Assembly: GCA_043752765.1 (NCBI GenBank)
Contig: JAYUXX010000240.1
Coordinates: forward strand, 1 to 52,238
Direction: 5' to 3'
Source of the DNA: Saprospiraceae bacterium
GTDB taxonomy: Bacteria > Bacteroidota > Bacteroidia > Chitinophagales > Saprospiraceae
Length of the DNA stretch: 52,238 nt
Part shown: positions 10,439-20,261 of the stretch, in pieces
How the letters are laid out: each line of letters starts with the position of its first letter
How positions within the stretch are numbered: position 1 is the first letter of the stretch
Notes under the pieces: generated by a model
Told to the model about the DNA's origin: nothing
Database searches by the model: none
The model's input: only the letters and a program-made list of their open reading frames with translations
Position numbers and translations under genes: made by a program

Positions 10439-10777
10439 ATGATAAATCCATTTGATCTAATTGATTCCCGGCTAAGTAATATCGAAAACATCTTACTTGA
10501 TCTGAATCGCAATCGAGTACTAGGGGAGGTCGCTCAGGCAGGAACCGAGATACTAACTGTTGCACAATCGGCAGAATTTTTAAGCCTCAAGGTCGCTACA
10601 ATTTACAGTTTGATCTCCAGGCGTGAAATCCCACATTTCAAAAAAGGGAAACGAGTCTATTTCTTTAAACAGGAGCTGATTGATTACCTTAAGGAAGGCC
10701 GAAAGAAAACCAACACCGAATTGGAGGCCGAGGCAACTATCTATGTTGCCAATAAAAAAGCTGGAAAAAGATTATAG
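10439..10777 (+). CDS. Excisionase-like helix-turn-helix protein (HTH_17/MerR-like)
   Basis: LTVAQSAEFLSLKVATIYSLISRREIPHFKKGKRVYFFKQELIDYL matches the Xis/AlpA-type HTH pattern. Confidence 0.7.
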   Translation: MINPFDLIDSRLSNIENILLDLNRNRVLGEVAQAGTEILTVAQSAEFLSLKVATIYSLISRREIPHFKKGKRVYFFKQELIDYLKEGRKKTNTELEAEATIYVANKKAGKRL

Positions 10778-10884
10778 AAACTATCCGGGGCAAGACTTTA
10801 AAGGCCAAGTAAAATTGATATTACTCCCCTGCATCCACCATATGAATCGGATTTCAATTTAGAATAAAATAAACCTGGAGGACT

Positions 10885-12039
10885 ATGGAATTCATAAACG
10901 AAGGACTTGGTCCTAAAGAAATTATAGAGGGCTTCCATGACTTAGAGGAGCCTAGGAATGGAATGCAGCACTCGAACGACATATCTCCCAACGCTTTTGA
11001 TATTCAAAAAGCTCTACAGAAGGCTCTGATTGATCCCAATGAAGAGAATGAGGTTCTTCCGATGATCTTAAGTATTGGTCAAGTTGCCGTATGCACAATG
11101 GGAAACCTTAGTGTAATTCTTGGAAAGCCCAAGGCAAGAAAATCAGGATTAGCTATTCTATTCCTTGTAGGGTTGCTCAATGGAAACTTAAGTCCGATGA
11201 GCGGATATCTGTTCAAGGGAAAGAAAAGGATTATCTGGTTTGATACCGAGATGAGCAGGCCTCATGCTAAAAAGGGTTATCTCAAAGTTAGGGATATGGC
11301 TACCAATTCAGAATACTACACCTTAAGGAAATATTCAATCCGGAAACATACGGATGTTGAGCGAAGGCAAATGATCCACCAGGTTCTAGTAGAAGAAAAT
11401 CAAGAAAATGACATTGCGTTTTGTGTGATAGATGGCATCAGGGATTTACTGCTTAGCATCAATGACGAGAAAGCTGCTCCTGAAATAGCAAACTGGCTAA
11501 TGCACATTACTGAAGAAAAGGGGTTTCACCTGCTCACAGTGATTCATGAAAACAAACATGATACATCTGCTACAGGGCACTTAGGTAGTGCTATTTCGGC
11601 AAAGGCTGAAACCGTATTCAGGTCAGAGCGAAGAGTTGGCAAAAGCAAAGTAACCCCTCATCTATGCAGGAATGAGGAGTTTATTCCCTTCACTTTTACT
11701 TATGACGAAGTGTCGGGTTTCCCCAAAATTCTAGAGATCGGTGACAATTATACGGACACGAACAATGACCCCCGGAAGGCAATAAACGCAGAAACAATTT
11801 CAGGGACTAAGCACAAGGAAATTATGGAGAGCATTTATGAAGTTCAGTCTGAATACAGTCGGGGAGACCTTGAGAGCCAGGTTCAATTAAGATACCGGGA
11901 GGAAGGCTTCTCAATGGGAATGAATAAGGTTAAGCAGGTAATCTCTTATTGTATCAATCTTAAGCTGATTGAGAAGGATGGAAACGCAGGTTCTAAAGGG
12001 AAATACATTAAATCTCAAGGATTAATTCCTCCTGTTTAA
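10885..12039 (+). CDS. RecA/DnaB-fold P-loop ATPase (AAA_25-like), putative replication helicase/loader
   Basis: Walker-A-like LGKPKARKSGL and Walker-B-like FCVIDGIRDL. It sits between the xis-like gene and the primase. Confidence 0.55.
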   Translation: MEFINEGLGPKEIIEGFHDLEEPRNGMQHSNDISPNAFDIQKALQKALIDPNEENEVLPMILSIGQVAVCTMGNLSVILGKPKARKSGLAILFLVGLLNGNLSPMSGYLFKGKKRIIWFDTEMSRPHAKKGYLKVRDMATNSEYYTLRKYSIRKHTDVERRQMIHQVLVEENQENDIAFCVIDGIRDLLLSINDEKAAPEIANWLMHITEEKGFHLLTVIHENKHDTSATGHLGSAISAKAETVFRSERRVGKSKVTPHLCRNEEFIPFTFTYDEVSGFPKILEIGDNYTDTNNDPRKAINAETISGTKHKEIMESIYEVQSEYSRGDLESQVQLRYREEGFSMGMNKVKQVISYCINLKLIEKDGNAGSKGKYIKSQGLIPPV

Positions 12040-12154
12040 TCCCTCTCGTTTAGTCGTTTACTCGTTTAAGCCCCCTATAAGGGGGGGCTAAACTAAACGA
12101 GATAAACCACAAAACACAACCCGTTTAATTGTCTCGTTTAACCGACTTAAACGA
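12032..12154. repeat. Iteron-like array of TCGTTTA heptamers
   Basis: Direct copies at 12046, 12054 and 12062 (8-bp phasing), at 12134, and variants CTGTTTA at 12032 and CCGTTTA at 12121. Inverted copies TAAACGA at 12094 and 12148. The array surrounds the G/C hairpin CCCCCTATAAGGGGG (12071-12087). Confidence 0.6.
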
Positions 12155-12302
12155 CTCAAACCAGACGAATAAATAAAAAATAGAAAGTAATGTTTTGTAA
12201 GGCTTTTTAGGGGCCTTCCCATAAAAAGTAATGGTTGACTTCATTAATCCTTAGCGCAACTGACCCAAACAAAACCAACCACTGAGAAAAAAATAACAGC
12301 TA

Positions 12303-13727
12303 ATGAACCAGGGAGATTTTCTATACACACTTGAGAAAGGCAGTAAAAAGCATGTATGTCCCTCCTGTTTAAAGAAGAGGCTCGTTAGGTATATCAATAA
12401 GGAAACCGGTGAATATCTTCCTGAGGAGTACGGCCGATGTGATAGAGGAGGGCATTACCACTTAAATCCATATAAGGATGGATTTGCTAAATCAGACCTG
12501 AAGCGGGAGTATAGTAGCCGGGCTTACATTTCGCCTGTCCCTCATGTTGTGGCAAAGCCTCAGACGTACATTCCCCGAGAAGTATTGGAGGCCATCCAGA
12601 AGGATTATGATCAGAATGTATTCATTCAAAATCTCTTACACCGTATTCCTTATCCATTCCCTGAGAAGGATGTTAACAAAGTAATCTCCATCTATAGGCT
12701 AGGTACGGTAACAAGGGGATACTTAACGGGAGCAGTTACCTTCCCTTATTTTGAAACACCTGATAAAATTCAGGCTATCCAAATAGTCAAGTATGGACAC
12801 GACACTAAAAGGTCAGGAATTAATTGGCTTGATTCTTATGTTGCTTGCGAATTAAATAAGATCGGGAAGAAGCCTCCGGTATGGGTTACTGAAAGGGATG
12901 AGCAATCTAAGGTCAATTGTTTTTTTGGTGCTCACCTGGTCAATGAGTTTAAAGCCTCTCCAATCGTTTTAGTTGAGGGACCGAAGAGCGCAATAATAGG
13001 AATGCTCACTTATGGTCTTCCAGATGGGTCCCCGAATGGAAATCCGATATGGTTAGCAACTGGCAGTAGGGATACTTTCTCAATCCGAAGATCACAAATT
13101 TTGAAGGGGAGATTTATAATTCTTATCCCCGACTTATCTCCTGATGGCAGTACTTATAAAAAGTGGTATGATAATGCTGCAATGTTTGGAAAGGAAATGC
13201 CAGGGACTTCATTTTTGATGTACAACCGATTTGAAAAAAGGGCATCAGTAAAGGATAAGGAAGGAAAGGATGATATAGCAGACTTCATTATAAAACAAGA
13301 TTGGAGAGGGCACCGGGGTATGATAGCCGGTATCGGGCAAACCCCAAAAAGAACTATTGAAAAAATAAGCACACAAGTTCTGGAACCTATCAGAAACGGC
13401 CGGGGAATCGGCCAACTTGAAGACCGGGGATTCATTATTGATCAGGACCAAACACCACGATTTAATAAAGCTGATAAGTGGCAACAATCCTATGTCGTGC
13501 ACGGAGCATGGGATAAAGAAATAGCTGAGATGGACCAATTCTTTGAAACTGCTTCATTGCCTGAAGGTCCTTTCAAACTAAATCCTTATACCCCAATAAC
13601 TGAAGCGTCTGGATTTCTAAAGTATAATCTTGCAGTAGCAAAAGAGCAGAATGGAAACCCAACATTTAGGCCGTATTTAATTAGGGTTAAGGAGCTAATG
13701 GAGTATGTCCAAGTATATGCAGAATAA
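12303..13727 (+). CDS. Zinc-finger + Toprim domain protein, putative DNA primase
   Basis: N-terminal CPSCLKKR...GRCDRGGHYH Zn-binding motif. Toprim-like VLVEGPKSAIIG (Glu) and ILIPDLSPDGS (DxD-like). Confidence 0.6.
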   Translation: MNQGDFLYTLEKGSKKHVCPSCLKKRLVRYINKETGEYLPEEYGRCDRGGHYHLNPYKDGFAKSDLKREYSSRAYISPVPHVVAKPQTYIPREVLEAIQKDYDQNVFIQNLLHRIPYPFPEKDVNKVISIYRLGTVTRGYLTGAVTFPYFETPDKIQAIQIVKYGHDTKRSGINWLDSYVACELNKIGKKPPVWVTERDEQSKVNCFFGAHLVNEFKASPIVLVEGPKSAIIGMLTYGLPDGSPNGNPIWLATGSRDTFSIRRSQILKGRFIILIPDLSPDGSTYKKWYDNAAMFGKEMPGTSFLMYNRFEKRASVKDKEGKDDIADFIIKQDWRGHRGMIAGIGQTPKRTIEKISTQVLEPIRNGRGIGQLEDRGFIIDQDQTPRFNKADKWQQSYVVHGAWDKEIAEMDQFFETASLPEGPFKLNPYTPITEASGFLKYNLAVAKEQNGNPTFRPYLIRVKELMEYVQVYAE

Positions 13728-14055
13728 TTAATCTAAACTGCAGACGTATTTATCTTCACAACTGCAAAGTTATCTAGAGAAGTAGAAATTTTATGATTAG
13801 GTCTCCTACAAAAATATAAACTCTTCATTCACTTTATCCATGGATTAATTTTAATAAGAAATTAACCATAGGCAAAATATAGCGATTTAGGTCCCTCACT
13901 TACATGTCCTAACAGAAAATAGCTATACCAATCACTCTCTTCACAAGCTTATATTCATTTAAGTAGTTGGTCATAATGTTCGACTACTATTAAATAAGGC
14001 CATTTACCTTATACGGGAATTTCCAATAGGAAATTAATTATTGAATAAACACAGT

Positions 14056-14469
14056 TTATTTCCGAGTTAAGTAGAATCTATGAACCACTTTATACCAAGG
14101 GGTTTCTCCTTTTTGCTCCCAAATTTGTGAATTATTCGTCATATCAACTATATTATAAATATTATTATTTGGCCACAATTGGTCGACTTCTGTTAAATAT
14201 ATTTGTTTTGGCAAGTCTCTAAAAAACCAATCTAATGTATATTCTTCATTATCGGCAATGTGCAGACATGTTCCGTCTGTAAAAAACTCAATTGTAAAAG
14301 TATCCCGTGAGAATAAAGAATCTGTTTCGAAATAGTCCAAACCCCAATGTTCATGTACTTGTTGCCATTTACCATGAAAATACTTAGCTTCTAGTAATGG
14401 TTCTTTTTCGCAACTTATAAATAGCATTTGAACACTAAATAAACAAACAATGATCATTAAGATCTTCAT
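14056..14469 (-). CDS. Small lipoprotein, hypothetical
   Basis: Signal peptide plus lipobox LFISCEKE. It overlaps the upstream T9SS cargo gene by 4 nt. Confidence 0.55.
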   Translation of the reverse strand: MKILMIIVCLFSVQMLFISCEKEPLLEAKYFHGKWQQVHEHWGLDYFETDSLFSRDTFTIEFFTDGTCLHIADNEEYTLDWFFRDLPKQIYLTEVDQLWPNNNIYNIVDMTNNSQIWEQKGETPWYKVVHRFYLTRK

Positions 14470-16604
14470 ATTTTAGTAATTAAGTTATTGATTCTTATTT
14501 TGTCAGTATTTTCTATTGATATCAGATATGCTCCTGAATTTAGCATTTCTAGATTAAGATTAATTTCATTATTATATGGAATCGATTTTTCAAATAAAAC
14601 AGATCTTCCTTCAATAGTAGTGATGGAAATAGAAAACACTTCATGCGATCTTAGAGTCCCATTGAACTTAATAATAACCTCATTAAGAAAGGGATTAGGA
14701 AAAATAGAAATTGAGAAATTATTCAGTAAGTCCAGTGATTTTGAGGTTGTGGGCTTTTGAATTGGCTGATTTGATAATGCCCTATGAAATTCACCATCAC
14801 TAGGAGGATCAATACAAATAGCTAAAAACTCCCATTGCTCCTCTGGTGTTAATTCACAAATTTCAACCTCAAGACATTCTGTACCAAACCAAAAAAAATC
14901 TTCATCATTTCCACTCGGATTAGCATTCAAGTAACAAAATGCTTGTAAGATGCATCTTGTATCTAATTCTGGACAAACGGTATGAAGTTCTTCCGTGTAT
15001 GGAGTTACAACCCATTGAGAGACAGGATCAATTACATAATTAAAATCATCGTGAGTAAAATAATCGCACAATGTTCCACTCCAACAATTTCCACAAGCTA
15101 TATCTGGGTTCCAAGACCCATCAAGATCAAATGCTTCCACAGCTATTTCGTTAGCAAAAATTGAGTGATGGAATTGATCGTCACTATTTCTGGGAATGAA
15201 ATCACGTCCAGCACACATTTCCAATAGCCAATTACATCCAGTCGGGTCATTTTGATTTGCACCATAAACATAATATGGAGTTGTAAAATGAGGAGTTAGA
15301 TTTTCAAAACCTCCGGGTAAAGCATCATCATAACAAATTCGATAGTATTTATGACAATTATCCTCATCCTGTGTGTATGAAATTGTTCCACTTCTAGTTG
15401 AACCGTTATGATTTTTACAAACCGTAACAAAGGTGCAATTACCTCGATATTCTTCATGTGATTCAGAAGCTATAACTTCAAAACATTTTATTGCCCGACA
15501 ATTCTGTGCATCAGTAGCGGTAACACAGTACTGACCAGGGGCTAAATTGGCAATTGTTTGTCCATTAGATCCGCCATCCCAAGTATAATGTATTGGACGT
15601 TGGCCACCAGGTGAGTCAAATAAACTAATGGAACCATCGTCGCCACAACTTTCTTCAATAGTCGCATCCAAAGTTATAATTGTGGCATCGCAATTAGCAA
15701 TAGTCCAACAAAGTGAAGCAGTGGTACAACCATCTTCTATAGTTAAACAATACGTTCCTGAACATATATTAGAAAGATATTGATCCGAGCTCAGAGAACC
15801 ATTTGGTAATGTCCAAATATAAGCGGAATTACCGCTCCCACCCGTCACTTGAGGAAAGATGAATCCAGTGCACGTAACATCATTGTCTGTGGATCCCCAA
15901 AATCCATAATCCACTTCAATCGGAAAAACATAATTCTCATCACATAGAGGAATATCACCAGATAGACCCATGCATCCTTGTATCCTTGGGATATCCCCAC
16001 CTGCACAACAACAAATGGATATGTTTTGAGTATGGACACAGCCTAAGCTATTGGACACTTGAAGTGTATAAAGACCAGGGCATAACTCGTCAATATCTTC
16101 ATCAGTCGAAGAAAAACCATTCGGCCCAAACCACCTAAGTGAATAAGGTACCGTGAGATTAACATCAATTTGAATTGCTCCATCACCAGTAGCATCATAT
16201 AAATTACTAAGCCCTCCTAGTTGAGTATAACATTCCAAATTGTTCTGAATGTTTACAAGATTAACTAAATTTGGTAATACACCAACTACAAACTTTCCCA
16301 TAGCATTTCCACAAAGCGCATCATAAACATCTACATTATAATTAGCAGGCGAAGCATTATGTAAATCCTCCAATCCATCTGAGCCACTTGTTTCAATAAC
16401 ATCTCCAGCAGGTACATTATTTTTATACCATTGAAGTTGATATGGTGGAAATCCACCTACAATATGGAGATCAATATTTCCATTATTACACCCTATTGAG
16501 AATGCAGGTGTAATGGTTGCAGTTAATGGATGTTGCGAGTATACACGATTTATAAAGAATGGCAAAGTGCTTAGAAAAAAAGAAATGCAAATAGCGTTTT
16601 TCAT
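14466..16604 (-). CDS. Cys-rich secreted protein with SprB-type repeats and a T9SS C-terminal sorting domain
   Basis: Signal peptide. SprB-repeat-like CNNGNIDLHIVGGFPPYQLQWY and CGDDGSISLF..PIHYTWDGG. C-terminal ISIFPNPFLNEVIIKF...GAYLISIE is typical of a T9SS type A CTD. Confidence 0.75.
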   Translation of the reverse strand: MKNAICISFFLSTLPFFINRVYSQHPLTATITPAFSIGCNNGNIDLHIVGGFPPYQLQWYKNNVPAGDVIETSGSDGLEDLHNASPANYNVDVYDALCGNAMGKFVVGVLPNLVNLVNIQNNLECYTQLGGLSNLYDATGDGAIQIDVNLTVPYSLRWFGPNGFSSTDEDIDELCPGLYTLQVSNSLGCVHTQNISICCCAGGDIPRIQGCMGLSGDIPLCDENYVFPIEVDYGFWGSTDNDVTCTGFIFPQVTGGSGNSAYIWTLPNGSLSSDQYLSNICSGTYCLTIEDGCTTASLCWTIANCDATIITLDATIEESCGDDGSISLFDSPGGQRPIHYTWDGGSNGQTIANLAPGQYCVTATDAQNCRAIKCFEVIASESHEEYRGNCTFVTVCKNHNGSTRSGTISYTQDEDNCHKYYRICYDDALPGGFENLTPHFTTPYYVYGANQNDPTGCNWLLEMCAGRDFIPRNSDDQFHHSIFANEIAVEAFDLDGSWNPDIACGNCWSGTLCDYFTHDDFNYVIDPVSQWVVTPYTEELHTVCPELDTRCILQAFCYLNANPSGNDEDFFWFGTECLEVEICELTPEEQWEFLAICIDPPSDGEFHRALSNQPIQKPTTSKSLDLLNNFSISIFPNPFLNEVIIKFNGTLRSHEVFSISITTIEGRSVLFEKSIPYNNEINLNLEMLNSGAYLISIENTDKIRINNLITKI

Positions 16605-16625
16605 GTTGTAGATTATTTTATAATA

Positions 16626-17348
16626 TTACCCTCTTACTCCATTAATTCTCAATATGGGTTTATCATTTCTTAATTTCTTACCATAATATTGTTGATTTTC
16701 ACCAGTCCTTTCAAGAAATTGGATTGAAAGCACTTCCCCGGGCAAGGCGTCAAGTTGCCGTTTAAGAAATTTGTTCCTTTCTATTGCGACTCTTGGATAA
16801 TACACAAATATATCCCCATTCTCTTCTAATTTGACCATTTTATTGGCATGTTCTTTCGTAGAAGTTGCCGAATATAAAACTGTATTAAAATCTAAAAATT
16901 GATAATTTTTTGTTGCATTTAAATTCGGTAATCCTAAAAAATCTCCATTTACATACTGAACTATATTCTTGTCTTTATCAACGATTTTGAATAAATTAAA
17001 AATCGGAGTGCCTTCGTAGCCATATTCCCAAATTACACTAACAAAGTTCTGCTTATATTGCGCTTCGACAATATTTCGAATAACATTAATTTGTCCTTGT
17101 TTCATCTCACCAGTTCTGCGATCCAAGGTAATAGAGGTATTATCATCAAATTCTACCCAAACATTAGAATGATATATTTCATTTTCGCAATCTTTTTGCA
17201 AGTATAAAGTTCCAATAGTTTCCAATTTTTCATTTCGGATAGGTATATCTTTTATGTAAGTCTGAGCTTCAGAATAAAAATTAACAAACAAAAATAATCC
17301 TAGTAACGCCCCATACCTAAAAATTAAATAGCAGTTATTGTTCTTCAT
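16626..17348 (-). CDS. Secreted hypothetical protein
   Basis: 240 aa with N-terminal hydrophobic signal LLGLFLFVNFYSEAQ. No recognisable domain. Confidence 0.5.
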   Translation of the reverse strand: MKNNNCYLIFRYGALLGLFLFVNFYSEAQTYIKDIPIRNEKLETIGTLYLQKDCENEIYHSNVWVEFDDNTSITLDRRTGEMKQGQINVIRNIVEAQYKQNFVSVIWEYGYEGTPIFNLFKIVDKDKNIVQYVNGDFLGLPNLNATKNYQFLDFNTVLYSATSTKEHANKMVKLEENGDIFVYYPRVAIERNKFLKRQLDALPGEVLSIQFLERTGENQQYYGKKLRNDKPILRINGVRG

Positions 17349-17372
17349 GTTCTTATATTTTGGATATGATTA

Positions 17373-18896
17373 TTAGGGAGTAATTATCATTTGAGTTGAG
17401 GTTGTGTTCGTTTCAATTGGCCATATAAAAATAAAATCAGCTGTAAGTCCTCCTCCTGAAACCATAAGATCGTAAAACAACCTCGCGCCAAAACCATCAA
17501 AATTTGCCGCTTCATAGGCTTCCTTACTGATTACCATATCACTTCCATAGGATGGATCATAATATGAAGGGAAACCTAAAGCAGGTGTATACTTAACAAT
17601 TGCATGATTTTCAAAAACTGATCTTGGATTAGAATTGCCTTGACCTTTCACTCCAGTAATATCACCTCCATATAACACATTTCCGTTAGCTAAGGTGTGC
17701 ACAAGAGTTCCTGGCATTTCATATTCTACTTGAAAATCACGCAAGTTGGAAGAAGTAATTGACCAATCTTTTACGTAAAACATAGCCGCAAATCCATCAT
17801 CTAAAGTGTAGGGCGTTACTTTAGTGATTTCGGCTCCAAAAAAATCTACAGCATCATCGTCAAGTGGATCCCAGTATTCAGTTGGGAGAATATAATCTTC
17901 TTTCCATTTAACTATCGAAACTTCTAAATTTGTTATTCCTTGAATAAAATTGATAAATTGTAAAAACTCTGCCCATTCTCCACAGGCAGCATCTTCGTAA
18001 GCAAGCAGACCTTTTATCCCCCTACATTCTGCTGAAAAATCACTTATGTTAGCGCCACCCCAATAAGACATACATTTAGTGCTACCTAATTTTTTCACAC
18101 ATTGATCAGTGAACTCAGAATATATTGATTCAACAATTTCTGATTGAATAATTTTGCCATTTGCGTTGCTGCATCCGATATGAAGGGGAGTTAGATAAAC
18201 TGGATTTCCACCAAGAGAGATCGGTTTTTTATGTGTTACATAAATTGGTGTGGTAGTTGTTGCAAAATGAACCTCATCATTAGGTCCTGGTGGCCCCATT
18301 AGAACAGGACTGTAATACCACTTAATGGTAAACTTGTTCCAATATTTAACTTCATTTTCCGGGAATTTTTGATTAAAAGCTGTTTCAGGATAGAACATTT
18401 GATCCCCAGTGATTATTGCTGGTTTCGCGGGTAAATTATAGCCATTAGGCCCCTCGCCTCGTATGTAAATAGGAGAATCACAAAGTCGAGAAAATTTTGC
18501 ACTAACTTTACCTGTGTAATCACTAACATATGCAATAGGAACGCTTTTAACAGAGCCTGCAGTAATGGTACTGAATTCGCCCGACAATGGTTCATCCGGG
18601 GTCACTGGATCAGGAATGCATTCTGGGCATTCAAGTGGATCTTTAAATATTCTTATCCATCCCGTAATTCCTTCAACAGGACTATGAAAAGTTAATTGTT
18701 GCAAAAAAGTGGGTGGGTAATTGAAACCTTCAAAAGTAGGAGGAGGTGGACTTTGAGGTGGCGAACTTTGACCAATTGCAGCATAATTCTGAATGGTTAA
18801 TAAAAAACCAATGATTATACATCTAATAGTTCTCCAATTCATTTGGATCATAAAAGAATCATCCAAATCGTCCTTAGATTGGAATTTTCTAGCCAT
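17373..18896 (-). CDS. Exported protein with candidate papain/transglutaminase-fold Cys-His-Asp triad
   Basis: Signal-like MNWRTIRCIIIGFLLTIQNYAAIGQ, so the likely true start is ATG 18842. EDAACGEWAEF followed by FENHAIVKY...YYDPSYG resembles a transglutaminase-like core. Family not identified. Confidence 0.5.
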   Translation of the reverse strand: MARKFQSKDDLDDSFMIQMNWRTIRCIIIGFLLTIQNYAAIGQSSPPQSPPPPTFEGFNYPPTFLQQLTFHSPVEGITGWIRIFKDPLECPECIPDPVTPDEPLSGEFSTITAGSVKSVPIAYVSDYTGKVSAKFSRLCDSPIYIRGEGPNGYNLPAKPAIITGDQMFYPETAFNQKFPENEVKYWNKFTIKWYYSPVLMGPPGPNDEVHFATTTTPIYVTHKKPISLGGNPVYLTPLHIGCSNANGKIIQSEIVESIYSEFTDQCVKKLGSTKCMSYWGGANISDFSAECRGIKGLLAYEDAACGEWAEFLQFINFIQGITNLEVSIVKWKEDYILPTEYWDPLDDDAVDFFGAEITKVTPYTLDDGFAAMFYVKDWSITSSNLRDFQVEYEMPGTLVHTLANGNVLYGGDITGVKGQGNSNPRSVFENHAIVKYTPALGFPSYYDPSYGSDMVISKEAYEAANFDGFGARLFYDLMVSGGGLTADFIFIWPIETNTTSTQMIITP

Positions 18897-19514
18897 AGTT
18901 GGTATTTAATTTTAACAAAACTAATTAATTAACTTTGTTGGTGCGTATTTATTTTGTCATATCTATGGCAATTGACTAGATAAATTTTTGTTTCAATATA
19001 GAATCGATTTGTCGTTTCAGAAGTAAGGCCATTTAGTTTGTTGGATTTTAAGTCAATCTAGGGGAATCAATTTCCAATAGCCCTAAAACTCTAATTCTTG
19101 TGGCACTTTTCTGACTTCGATAATGAATCTGGCAATTTCCACAAGAGGAATACTAAAATATATGCGATCTTCACTCCTATCTCAATTCGAAGACTTAATT
19201 CATGTCCAATTAATTTATAAACTGAACAAATCTGAATTTTAGCAGAAGTTGATGAAGCTATATTCGTACTAAATATTCCTTTTTTAATAAAACAAACTAT
19301 TTATTTGAACTGTAAAGTAAAAACAGTCCCAGAAGAATAAATGAACTAAAATTGAGATAGCAGAAAGATTAAACTTAGGCAGGTAAGTGGAAAATGAGAT
19401 TAAACCTACAGATGAGAAAAACCCTGAAGATTCACCCTTTTCCCAAGAAGAAATTGACGCCGCCGGTGACGCATGGATTCAATTGGAAATTGATAAAATG
19501 CGCGGCAAATAAAA

Positions 19515-19706
19515 TCAACGATTTTTCTGCCAATCCTTTACATATTTTTCCACTCTTTGTCTCGAGTTTCCAACTTCCTTTATAGCTTCATGGATCTTGT
19601 TTGGGCTAGTGCCTAGTTTTCTGGCTGCATATCCCACTTCACCAGGATCTTTTGGATCTATTCTTCGATCATCTTGTTTGCCTTGTTTGTTTTTGTTATC
19701 TGACAT
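19515..19706 (-). CDS. DUF3606-like small protein
   Basis: 63 aa. IDPKDPGEVGYAARKLGTSPNKIHEAIKEVGNSRQRVEKYV fits the DUF3606 pattern. Confidence 0.6.
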   Translation of the reverse strand: MSDNKNKQGKQDDRRIDPKDPGEVGYAARKLGTSPNKIHEAIKEVGNSRQRVEKYVKDWQKNR

Positions 19707-19827
19707 GTGTTGGGTTTTGATTAAAGTTAATATAAACCGACTTCTTCATTTTAAAGATATTCTGCCATGTTGGCAATTATCAATGGCAGGTTATCCTTTC
19801 TCTTTTGTCATACTTAGTTTTGTATAG

Positions 19828-20058
19828 TTAGTTTTGTCTATAATACTTTTTATACACTTGTCTAAGTGAACTTTGTACCATAGTTGGTAGAATAAAGTAC
19901 GATGGTTGGAAGCTATAGTAGAGTCTTGGATTCCCCTTTCGATCTGAGGTATTTACTAGCTCATTCCCTATCTGATCAGTTACAGTGATTAATCCATTTA
20001 ATGTGAGTCCTTGGATTCCTCTAGCATTGATCTTAGAACTTTGGCGGATGATTACCAA
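19828..20058 (-). pseudogene. Divergent copy (A1) of a small winged-helix-like gene, N-terminally truncated
   Basis: About 50 percent aa identity by eye to the copy at 49226-49426 (IQGLTLNGLITV..PTMVQSSL vs IQSLVLNGLIIV..PTNMVQSSL). There is no ATG, and a stop lies just upstream. Confidence 0.45.
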
Positions 20059-20069
20059 ACCGGTAATGA

Positions 20070-20261
20070 TTATAAAGAAAATAGCCTGAGATTCCCCTTT
20101 TGATGAAGTGTATTTGGTAGCTCTTTCCCTGCTCCGTCAAAAACAATAATTAATCCATTCAATACTAAGCTTTGAATAGCTTTAGAGATGATCATGAAGC
20201 ATAGCCCGATCTTCTCCCTAAACTGATTTATGAGAGACCTATAAATCAGGCGAGACATCAA
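20070..20261 (-). pseudogene. Copy A2 of the winged-helix-like gene, C-terminally truncated
   Basis: 20104-20244 matches 49333-49473 at 139/141 nt. The ORF keeps its N-terminus (MMSRLIYRSLINQFREKIGLC...) but ends early at the junction with copy A1. Confidence 0.45.

Noticed and set aside
12071-12087. CCCCCTATAAGGGGG hairpin as a rho-independent terminator of the ATPase gene
   Set aside because: No downstream T-tract on either strand, and it is embedded in the iteron array. It is more plausibly part of the origin-like structure.
12032-12154. CRISPR array interpretation of the short repeats here and of the 15-bp repeats at 50723-50775
   Set aside because: The repeat units are 7-15 bp and either contiguous or 8-bp phased, with no spacers of CRISPR size. 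No cas genes are in the window.
19394-19827. Track ORFs 19394-19585 (+) and 19597-19827 (+)
   Set aside because: They overlap, or are antisense to, the DUF3606-like gene, which has a recognisable conserved pattern. The plus-strand products have no motifs.
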